DNA of 64,000 nucleotides, taken from assembly GCA_934254925.1 (NCBI GenBank), contig CAKQMD010000001.1, positions 13,266 to 77,265 of the forward strand, read 5' to 3'. This DNA comes from an uncultured Alphaproteobacteria bacterium (GTDB lineage: Bacteria > Pseudomonadota > Alphaproteobacteria > RF32 > CAG-239). Positions within the stretch are counted from its first letter, which is position 1. Every line of letters starts with the position of its first letter. Position numbers and translations under genes: made by a program. The notes under the pieces were generated by a model, which was not told the origin of the DNA, did no database searches, and saw only the letters and a program-made list of their open reading frames with translations. This document shows positions 7,706-15,081 of this stretch, in pieces.

Positions 7706-10293
7706 GCGGCTTCTCCCAAAACAATTTCAATGTTAAAGCTTTTGCCTTCAACGTTCTTTTCTTCCACGAGTTCGATTTTCTCGGCAGCAATCGACGAAGC
7801 TGCCGCAATATCCTTAATCATCGCCCGGGCTTTCTTTAAATTAGCCTCGCGGCCGGCAATTTTCAAGGTTTCCAACGGCCAACGCATGTTTTTCTGCGCC
7901 TGGGACTTTGCTCCCCGCACTTCCGAAAGAATTTCAATCATGACATTGATGGCGTCTTCCAGCTGATTGTTTTTGAGAACGCTTTCAAAATCCGCAACTC
8001 TCGGCCATGCCGTCCGATGAACGGAACCGGCACCGGGATAAAAGACCGACCACATCTCCTCAGTGACATAGGGCATGAACGGCGCAAACAACAGCAAAAA
8101 GCTGCGGAAAGAATAAAGCAGGCCGGCCAGGGCCGAACGGCGTTCAGCAGTATCTTCCTCACCATAAGCGCGGGATTTTACCAACTCAATGTAATAATCG
8201 CAGAACTTCCAGAACAAATCTTCGGTATTTTGCAGCGCCGAAGAATAATCATAGTCTTCAAAAGCTTTGGTAGAGCGCTCGATCACCTTGGCAATCTGCT
8301 CTAGCATCGCGATGTCGGCGGCTTCGGTAATGTCTGAAACCTGCAAGGCAGAGGCCTCAGCCCCGGCGCGATCCAAAATGGTTTTTACAAAATTTCCGGC
8401 ATTGAAAATTTTGGTAACCAGTTTTTTGCCGATCGTAAACAACGACGGGTCATAAATCGTATCGGCGCCCAATTTGGCCTTGCCCGCCCAATAACGGACG
8501 GCATCAGCGGAATATTCGACGATCAGATTTTCCGGGGTAACCACATTGCCCTTGGACTTGCTCATTTTTTTGCGGTCGGGATCAACGATAAAACCGCTGA
8601 CGGCAATATGTTTCCAGGGAATTTCCTGTTCATGGAACCAAGCTTTCACAATGGTATAAAAAGCCCAAGTTCTGATAATGTCATGCGACTGCGGCCGCAA
8701 ATCCGCCGGGAAAAGGGCCTTGTGTCGTTTGTTGTCAATGCCCCAGTGCGAGCTCAGCTGCGGCGTGAGCGACGAAGTGGCCCAAGTGTCCATCACGTCG
8801 GGTTCGCCGATAAAACCGTTTGGCTGGCCGCGCTGATCTTCCCGATACCCCTTGGGCGCGGTGATCATCGGATCAACCGGCAACTGGCTTTCGTCAGCAT
8901 AAAGCGGATTTTCATAATCGGGATTTCCTTTGGCATCAAGCTTATACCAGACCGGGAAAGGCACGCCGAAGAAACGCTGGCGGCTGATGCACCAATCCTG
9001 ATTCAGGCCTTCAACCCAATGTTCGTAACGCGACAGCATATAAGCCGGGTGCCACTGAATTTTACGGCCCTGGGCCAAAAATTCTTCTTTATGGTTCAAA
9101 ATGTCGATAAACCATTGACGGGAGGGAACAAACTCTATGGGATAGTCCCCTTTTTCATAAAACTTCACATCATGGACAATGTCTTTGAAGCCTTTGACGG
9201 CGCCCTCGGCCTCCAAAATCTCAATCGTTTGCTTGCGAGCGGCGGGAATGCTTAACCCGACCAGTTTGGCATAATTGGCACAACCTTTCTCCGGATCAAC
9301 GCAGGCAAAGGCGCCCTTGCCGTAATCGACATCCAAAATCTTCCCTTGTTTGGAGATGATCTGCTTCATCGGCAGGCCGGACTTTTTCCACCATTCCACG
9401 TCTTGAATATCGCCGAAAGTACAAACCATCATAATACCGGTTCCTTTGTCCGGTACGGCATGTTCGGACGGGCAGATCGGCACCGGGGCATAAAAACCGG
9501 GCGTAATGGCAGTCTTGCCGAAAAGATGCTGATAGTGCTTGTCATCCGGATGTGCCACTACGGCAATGCAAGCAGCAACAAATTCGGGACGCGTAGTGGA
9601 AATGACAAAAGGCGTTCCGTCTTCGACCTTAAATTCCAGATCATAAAACTTGGAAGCCATCTCGCGGTCTTCAACCTCCGCCTGAGCAATGGCCGAATTA
9701 AAGGTAATGTCCCACATTCCGGGCATTTCGCGGTTATAAACCACGCCTTTTTTCACCAAATCCAAAAACGACAACTGCGAGGTACGGCGAGAATTGTCGT
9801 CTATCGTGGCATATTTATACCGCCAGTCATAGGAATGCCCCACGGATTTGAACAGGTCTTCAAATACTTTTTCATCATTGCCGGCCAAAAGATTGCAGGC
9901 CTCAATGAAGTTTTCCCGAGAGACTTCTTTTTGCGGTCCCTGGTCTTTTTTAGTATCATCATGAAAAGGTTTCCACCCTTCAACGTAAGGAACGTTGGAA
10001 TCGCATTTGATGGCATAGTAGTTTTGTACCCGACGCTCCGTCGGCAGACCGTTGTCATCCCAACCGATGGGATAAAAAATGTTTTTGCCAAGCATACGAT
10101 TATAGCGTACCTGAATGTCCGTCTGCGTATAGCTGAACACATGCCCGATATGCAAAGAACCAGATACCGTCGGCGGCGGTGTATCTACCACGAAGCTATT
10201 GTCACGGGATGCCGTTTCGTCATAAAGGTAGGTTCCGTTGTCCTGCCAGTTCTTATTCCACTTTTGTTCAATTGCTTTATGATCGTATGCCAT
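7702..10293 (-). CDS. valS: valine--tRNA ligase
   Basis: 863 aa with class-I HIGH (PPPTVSGSLHIGH) and KMSKS (KMSKSKGN) motifs. Has an editing domain and the C-terminal coiled coil typical of ValRS. Confidence 0.95.
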   Translation of the reverse strand: MAYDHKAIEQKWNKNWQDNGTYLYDETASRDNSFVVDTPPPTVSGSLHIGHVFSYTQTDIQVRYNRMLGKNIFYPIGWDDNGLPTERRVQNYYAIKCDSNVPYVEGWKPFHDDTKKDQGPQKEVSRENFIEACNLLAGNDEKVFEDLFKSVGHSYDWRYKYATIDDNSRRTSQLSFLDLVKKGVVYNREMPGMWDITFNSAIAQAEVEDREMASKFYDLEFKVEDGTPFVISTTRPEFVAACIAVVAHPDDKHYQHLFGKTAITPGFYAPVPICPSEHAVPDKGTGIMMVCTFGDIQDVEWWKKSGLPMKQIISKQGKILDVDYGKGAFACVDPEKGCANYAKLVGLSIPAARKQTIEILEAEGAVKGFKDIVHDVKFYEKGDYPIEFVPSRQWFIDILNHKEEFLAQGRKIQWHPAYMLSRYEHWVEGLNQDWCISRQRFFGVPFPVWYKLDAKGNPDYENPLYADESQLPVDPMITAPKGYREDQRGQPNGFIGEPDVMDTWATSSLTPQLSSHWGIDNKRHKALFPADLRPQSHDIIRTWAFYTIVKAWFHEQEIPWKHIAVSGFIVDPDRKKMSKSKGNVVTPENLIVEYSADAVRYWAGKAKLGADTIYDPSLFTIGKKLVTKIFNAGNFVKTILDRAGAEASALQVSDITEAADIAMLEQIAKVIERSTKAFEDYDYSSALQNTEDLFWKFCDYYIELVKSRAYGEEDTAERRSALAGLLYSFRSFLLLFAPFMPYVTEEMWSVFYPGAGSVHRTAWPRVADFESVLKNNQLEDAINVMIEILSEVRGAKSQAQKNMRWPLETLKIAGREANLKKARAMIKDIAAASSIAAEKIELVEEKNVEGKSFNIEIVLGEAA

Positions 10294-10486
10294 GTCTTAA
10301 GTACCTCTTCAAATTAACTGACAATTTATAGCTTATGCAAAGAAGATTGTCAATAATCAATGCGGGAACACCGCCATTTTCCGGCTTTCAGGACGAAGAC
10401 GGCGCATAAAAAAAAGAATAATTCACTTTTTGTAAAAAAATTACTTGATTTTTAAAACAATTGTCTGTATGTTCGGTTTCGGTAAC

Positions 10487-10561
10487 GCCGCTGTAGCTCA
10501 GTGGTAGAGCACGTCATTGGTAATGACGGGGTCGCAAGTCCGATTCTTGCCAGCGGCACCA
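10487..10561 (+). tRNA. tRNA-Thr (anticodon GGT)
   Basis: Cloverleaf folded by eye: acceptor gccgctg/cagcggc, D-arm gctc/gagc, anticodon stem cgtca/tgacg with loop ttGGTaa, T-arm gcaag-tccgatt-cttgc, encoded CCA. Confidence 0.85.
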
Positions 10562-10680
10562 TTTTTGATAACGCACCGTTAAAGGTGCTTTTTTTGTATG
10601 TATTCAAGGCTTTCAATCAGTCCGATTTTGAGAATTTTTAATTTGGCGATTTTTGATGATTTATCGGACTTTTATGTTTT
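10556..10680. repeat. att-like repeat copy A (overlaps tRNA-Thr 3' end) of the tRNA-Thr cassette array
   Basis: gcaccatttttgataacgcaccgttaaaggtgcttttttt ... agtccgattttga ... ttatcggact. Terminator hairpin GCACC-N6-GGTGC plus T-run, and an 8-9 bp inverted repeat agtccgat / atcggact. Confidence 0.75.
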
Positions 10681-10683
10681 TAA

Positions 10684-11241
10684 CTATTTCAAATTATATG
10701 GTGCATCTGATTTATTTTGGACTTCTATTCCTGTCTCAAAACTTTCAACAAACTCCCAATGACCGTTCTCCAATATAAAATGAAAGCAGTGACAATTTTT
10801 TATCCCTTCTACTTTATATCCAGCACACCAACATAATGCGCGGGTAATTCCTCCATGAGAGGCTATAGCAATATTATTAAAAGTGGATGATTTAACTATA
10901 CTTTCAAGAAAAGTTTTGACTCTTTCAAAGGTCTCATTGATACGTTTTTGCGTTTCAGAAGTATCATTATACCAAAAGCCGAAAGCAGCTTCGCACAAAG
11001 CATCATCTGTAATTATATCTATATTACTATATTTTTTAGCAATAATATGAGCTGTATCAACAGCACGTTTTAATGGACTTGAATAAATGACTTCTAAAGA
11101 TTTATCTGACAGAAATTCAGATAATTTTTGAGCTTGTTTTTTCCCTATAGTTGTCAAATTGGCACTAGGCTTTCTTCCTGCAATACCTAGCTTATTACCG
11201 ACGCTTTGTCCATGTCTAAAAAAATAAAAATGTTTTTTCAT
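10684..11241 (-). CDS. histidine phosphatase superfamily (phosphoglycerate-mutase-like) protein, cassette 1
   Basis: The RHGQS catalytic motif (FYFFRHGQSVGN) is near the N-terminus. I prefer the internal start 11241, which has a GGAG RBS. AT-rich (~35% GC) compared with flanking valS. Confidence 0.65.
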   Translation of the reverse strand: MKKHFYFFRHGQSVGNKLGIAGRKPSANLTTIGKKQAQKLSEFLSDKSLEVIYSSPLKRAVDTAHIIAKKYSNIDIITDDALCEAAFGFWYNDTSETQKRINETFERVKTFLESIVKSSTFNNIAIASHGGITRALCWCAGYKVEGIKNCHCFHFILENGHWEFVESFETGIEVQNKSDAPYNLK

Positions 11242-11344
11242 ATTGGTCTCCATATTAAGCATTTATGTTATTGGTTAATTCGTATATTTTTAGTAAATGC
11301 TTTTATTCTAAGGCCTAAATTTACAAACTTATCATTATTTTCAT

Positions 11345-11490
11345 TCCGATAATTGCATAGTATCGCGCACCATTTTTTAGAATGCACCTTTTGAGGTGCT
11401 TTTTTTGTATGTATTTCAAGCTTTTCAGAGAGTCCGATTTTGAGGATTTGGGAATTTGACTATTTGAAATAATTATCGGACTTTTTATGC
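11345..11490. repeat. att-like repeat copy B of the tRNA-Thr cassette array
   Basis: tccgataattgcatagtatcgcgcaccattttttagaatgcaccttttgaggtgcttttttt ... agtccgattttga ... ttatcggact. Mimics the tRNA-Thr T-arm and acceptor 3' half plus the downstream flank. Confidence 0.75.
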
Positions 11491-11504
11491 TATAAGTGCT
11501 ACAA

Positions 11505-11540
11505 TAAAAAACGACCTTAGATGCAAATCCAAGGTCGTTT
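11505..11540 (-). terminator. rho-independent terminator of cassette-2 gene (minus strand)
   Basis: aacgacctt-N12-aaggtcgtt 9-bp stem, followed on the minus strand by tttttt. Confidence 0.5.
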
Positions 11541-11555
11541 CTATGACATATTTCT

Positions 11556-12206
11556 TTACAAATCTCTGAGTAGTTTCTCATAGATTTCTTGTATGCCCTT
11601 CTTCCAGTCACCATATTTTTTGCTGACGACATGTTCACCGGGAAAATTCTGAATCGATATTTTCTCAACATTTGTGGGTCTCCACTCTGCTCTTCTTTCT
11701 TCAAAATCAACTTTGAAGTACAAGAAACAAGCTTTGATATATGCAAGAGTCTTTTTACCACATTGCCGCGTTCTAAGATATTCTTTTTCTGTATGGCAAG
11801 CCATATCTCCTAAATATAGAGGCTGTTTGTGCGCCCAATCATCTACTACGGCAATCAAGGTATTTTGCACTCTGGCTGGCAGATTCAACATCGATAATGG
11901 CAAATAATAAGCCAAAGGATTACCACATTCATCCCTTTCATCATATTTCACCGCAGGCTGAGGAATGCTTTCTCCCTCATGGAAATTAATATCCATTTCC
12001 AACCATAATTCAGATATTTTATCCTTAAATACCTCTTCTTTATACTTGTTGGATGTAACAGATAAAATGATGGTGTTTTTCTGATTTTCCAGAATTACTG
12101 ACGCATTTTTATCGACCTCATGCACAATTTCTTTAATAACACCACACCAAAGTGATTGGCTGTTGCGAGACCACTTTTTAACATAAAATGTAATTTTTGT
12201 TGTCAT
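11556..12206 (-). CDS. hypothetical protein, cassette 2; C-terminal half resembles RNA polymerase alpha-CTD-like helix-hairpin-helix DNA-binding fold
   Basis: 216-aa ORF, AT-rich. The segment LSMLNLPARVQNTLIAVVDD...EKEYLRTRQCGKKTLAYIKA matches the alpha-CTD pattern L.LSVR..N.L......DL....E.L...N.G.KSL.EI by eye. No other recognisable domain. Confidence 0.45.
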   Translation of the reverse strand: MTTKITFYVKKWSRNSQSLWCGVIKEIVHEVDKNASVILENQKNTIILSVTSNKYKEEVFKDKISELWLEMDINFHEGESIPQPAVKYDERDECGNPLAYYLPLSMLNLPARVQNTLIAVVDDWAHKQPLYLGDMACHTEKEYLRTRQCGKKTLAYIKACFLYFKVDFEERRAEWRPTNVEKISIQNFPGEHVVSKKYGDWKKGIQEIYEKLLRDL

Positions 12207-12397
12207 AATTTTTTATTTTTATTGTTAATATTTCAAAAATAAAAAGCACTACTGAAACAAAGATTGATTACTCAATAATTGGACAAAATAATACTTTTTG
12301 ATGATAATGATATATCATATTTTTATAGTCACCGCAAGCACTATTTTGGACGAAATATTGTTATTTTCACTATAAACTTAAATTCTTCTTGAGAAAT

Positions 12398-12590
12398 TCA
12401 ATTTTCCTACTCAAAAGCTTAAACTCATCATGGTTTTTAGTCCGATAATTGCATAGCATCTCGCACCATTTTTGATAATGCACCCGTTGAGGTGCTTTTT
12501 TTGTATATATTCCAAGGCTTGCAAAGAGTCCGATTTTAGATGTTTTTAATTTGAAGATTTTTGTAACCTTATCGGACTTTTTATTTTTTT
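12398..12590. repeat. att-like repeat copy C (full-length unit with 5' module) of the tRNA-Thr cassette array
   Basis: caattttcctactcaaaagcttaaactcatcatggtttttagtccgataattgcatagcatctcgcaccatttttgataatgcacccgttgaggtgcttttttt ... agtccgattttaga ... ttatcggact. Confidence 0.75.
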
Positions 12591-12662
12591 TATTTACTTT
12601 ATTTTCATTTGAATATATAAGATTGAGTGTGAATTTATAATTTTGTTTAACAATATAAAAGT

Positions 12663-13259
12663 ATGATTATGGAGATAAATTTTATTACTTCCAATAAAGG
12701 AAAGATAGCGGCTTTGAAGCGTTTTTTAGCTAATGACGGGCGTTTGGATATTAAAGTTAATCAAGTTCAGGTGGAAATTATTGAACCTCAACTCAATAAT
12801 ATTGCGGATGTTTCAAAATATAAAGCCTTGGAGGCTTTTAAAATATTAAAAAAGCCCGTACTTGTTGAAGACGGAGGCCTGGTTATTGAGGCTTTAGATG
12901 GTTTTCCCGGACCATATACTAAATATGTTTTATCAACAATTGGGGTTGATGGCATACTTAGATTAATGCACGGAGAAAATAATCGAGGCGCAAAATTTGT
13001 TAGCTTTGCAACTTTTGTCGAACAAGACGGAACCATACGCCAATTTGAAAGATTTGGTGATAATTTTGAAATTTCCAATGAGCGAAAACCTATCATTCAT
13101 CCTGAAGCATGGTCTGATTTGTGGCAAGTGATGTATATGAAAAATTATGGAAAAATGCTTTGCGAGTTTTCAAAACAAGAAATTATTGACCATACTGAAA
13201 AATCGCAAACTTCAGGAAGTTTGCAACAATTTGCAAAGTGGTTTATGGAAAAATATTAA
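12663..13259 (+). CDS. Ham1/RdgB-family non-canonical purine NTP pyrophosphatase-like protein, cassette 3
   Basis: The N-terminal ITSNKGKIAALK and the VEDGGLVIEALDGFPGPYTKY segment match the ITPase motifs (SN.GK..E ... EDSGL.vdAL.G.PG.YS). 198 aa, AT-rich. Confidence 0.65.
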   Translation: MIMEINFITSNKGKIAALKRFLANDGRLDIKVNQVQVEIIEPQLNNIADVSKYKALEAFKILKKPVLVEDGGLVIEALDGFPGPYTKYVLSTIGVDGILRLMHGENNRGAKFVSFATFVEQDGTIRQFERFGDNFEISNERKPIIHPEAWSDLWQVMYMKNYGKMLCEFSKQEIIDHTEKSQTSGSLQQFAKWFMEKY

Positions 13260-13316
13260 GGATTATCTTTTATAGGCTGGGTATAAACGCTCAGCCTTAA
13301 TTTATTTTAGATATTT

Positions 13317-13595
13317 TTTCAATTTTCCTACTTAAAAGCTTAAAATTATCATAGTTTTTAGTCCGATAACTGCACAGTATGTAAATTCCCATTGCTTTGC
13401 AATGGGCCCCTTTCGTCCCGTAAGGTTCAAACTTCGCTTACCGCTCGTTTTCACCAACTATCGACTCCGCGCACCATTTTTAAAAAAGCACCTTTCAAGG
13501 TGCTTTTTTGTTATGTAAACCAAACCTTTCAGTCAGTCCGCTTTTGAGTTTTTTTATAAATGCACTTTTTCGCTGATTTATCGGACTATTGACCA
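13317..13595. repeat. att-like repeat copy D (with an 88-bp hairpin-containing insertion) of the tRNA-Thr cassette array
   Basis: Same 5' module and core as copy C. The extra segment 13381-13468 (cccattgctttgcaatggg palindrome) is inserted between ...gcacagtat and cgcgcaccattttt. Confidence 0.7.
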
Positions 13596-13703
13596 AAACG
13601 TTGTAGACCTTAGACCTCATATCCCTGTCCAATAATTGTACCCCAAGAAAATTGACGGGAACGGCTTTGTGAAATCATTCAAAGGACCGATCAAGCCCGA
13701 ATG

Positions 13704-14597
13704 TCATAATTCGTTTTTGTTCGGCATTGCGGGGGCGGCGCCTTTGCGCGTGACACAGATTGAAGCAGCCTTATTGGCCTTTCGGACGCTTTCCCGCAGC
13801 GTTTTGCCCTGCACGAGTTCGGAGGCAATGACACCGGCAAAACAATCCCCGGCACCTACCGTATCAATGGCACAGACTTTGCAGGCTTTTTCAAAATATA
13901 CGTTATCGGCAGCGACTAAAGCGCCTTTGCTTCCCAAGGTCACAATGACGGCTTGGGAAGGACGAAGCTTTATTTGCTCAGCAGCAGCGGCGACCTCTGC
14001 CAAGGGAGTCTCAGCGGTTATACCCTTGCCTTTGATGAAAGCAAGTTCGGCCTCATTTACGATCAAAACATCCACCACGGACAAAAGTTCGTCCGGAATC
14101 GGCTGAATTGGCGAAGGATTGAGTATTGTCCTTGCGCCGACGGCTTTGGCTTTTGTAAACAACGCCAAAATCGTTGCTATGGGGATTTCAAACTGACTTA
14201 TGACAACATCGTCTTGCCCGAGGCTTATGGCCGAAACGTCATCACTTTTTAAATCGCTATTGCTTCCGGCTACCACGACTATCGTATTTTGGCCATTATC
14301 GGCCACATTAACAAATGCCGTTCCGGATTCTTTGTCGCTTCTTTTAATATAATCCGTTCCAATATTGTGGCGTTTTATAAAATCTTGCAAAATATCGGCG
14401 AAGCTGTCATTGCCCAATCTGCCGACCAAAATCGTTTCAACGCCCATTTTGGCCGCGGCGACAGCTTGATTCAGCCCTTTTCCCCCGGGCAGGTATTCCA
14501 CCGATTTGCCGTGAATTGTCGCGCCCGTCTCCGGCAGATTTTCCACCCTGGCAATCACGTCCATATTAATGCTCCCTGCCACCACAACTTTGCCCAT
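13704..14597 (-). CDS. rbsK: ribokinase (PfkB family)
   Basis: GGKGLNQAVAA and the DTVGAGDCFAG ribokinase signature. I prefer the start at 14597 (MGKVVVAGSINMDV), which has a GAGGAG RBS. The longer track ORF to 14660 is probably an upstream extension. Confidence 0.85.
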   Translation of the reverse strand: MGKVVVAGSINMDVIARVENLPETGATIHGKSVEYLPGGKGLNQAVAAAKMGVETILVGRLGNDSFADILQDFIKRHNIGTDYIKRSDKESGTAFVNVADNGQNTIVVVAGSNSDLKSDDVSAISLGQDDVVISQFEIPIATILALFTKAKAVGARTILNPSPIQPIPDELLSVVDVLIVNEAELAFIKGKGITAETPLAEVAAAAEQIKLRPSQAVIVTLGSKGALVAADNVYFEKACKVCAIDTVGAGDCFAGVIASELVQGKTLRESVRKANKAASICVTRKGAAPAMPNKNEL

Positions 14598-14703
14598 CGC
14601 CCTTCTCCTCAATATTGACATTATTTTAAGATTTTTTCTTAAAATTTCAATCTTTCTCATAAGTCAGACAAGCCGCATTCATTATGGCGGCTCAGCAACG
14701 AAG

Positions 14704-15081
14704 CTATTTGTAGACCCAAAACTTTTGCAAAGGAAAAGAAAACAGCGGAATTGTCAGGACAATGACCAAAACCGTCGCCCAATAGGGCCAGAGCATTTTG
14801 ACGCCGGCCCAGGTCAGAGCTTCGCTGTACAAAAACATCAGCAGGCTCAACAGTAGATATTTGCCAAACATGCCCGTATTGCCGCGTCTCAAACAAAAGG
14901 TGACGCGCATTTGCCCAAAATATCCGGCGACAATGCTGCAACCATATCCCACCAATGTCGAACTTAAGGCCTCACCGCTGAAAAAATAAGCTAGGTTTGC
15001 CGCCAACAAATACACCAGACTGGCCAGGCCGCCGATTATCAGATATTTTACGATTTGTCGTTTAAACAAGCCGTTCATCAT
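14704..15081 (-). CDS. GtrA-family small polytopic membrane protein (lipid-linked sugar translocation)
   Basis: 125 aa with 4 TM helices and a KYLIIGGLASLVYLL-type N-terminus typical of GtrA. Its start overlaps the upstream gene (ATGA). Confidence 0.55.
   Translation of the reverse strand: MMNGLFKRQIVKYLIIGGLASLVYLLAANLAYFFSGEALSSTLVGYGCSIVAGYFGQMRVTFCLRRGNTGMFGKYLLLSLLMFLYSEALTWAGVKMLWPYWATVLVIVLTIPLFSFPLQKFWVYK

Noticed and set aside
9346-10317. 323-aa + strand ORF
   Set aside because: Antisense to valS (HIGH/KMSKS motifs confirm the valS frame).
11321-11761. 146-aa minus-strand ORF overlapping repeat copy B and the 216-aa gene
   Set aside because: Runs through the conserved att-like repeat and overlaps the better-supported 11556-12206 ORF in another frame.
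10556-13600. CRISPR array or classical integron as an explanation for the repeats at tRNA-Thr
   Set aside because: Repeats are 125-190 bp and the intervening segments are 0.6-1 kb whole genes, so this is not CRISPR. No cas genes. For an integron there is no intI, and the repeats lack attC R/L-box architecture but instead mimic the tRNA 3' end.
13636-14106. 156-aa + strand ORF
   Set aside because: Antisense to ribokinase, which has the DTVGAGD signature.
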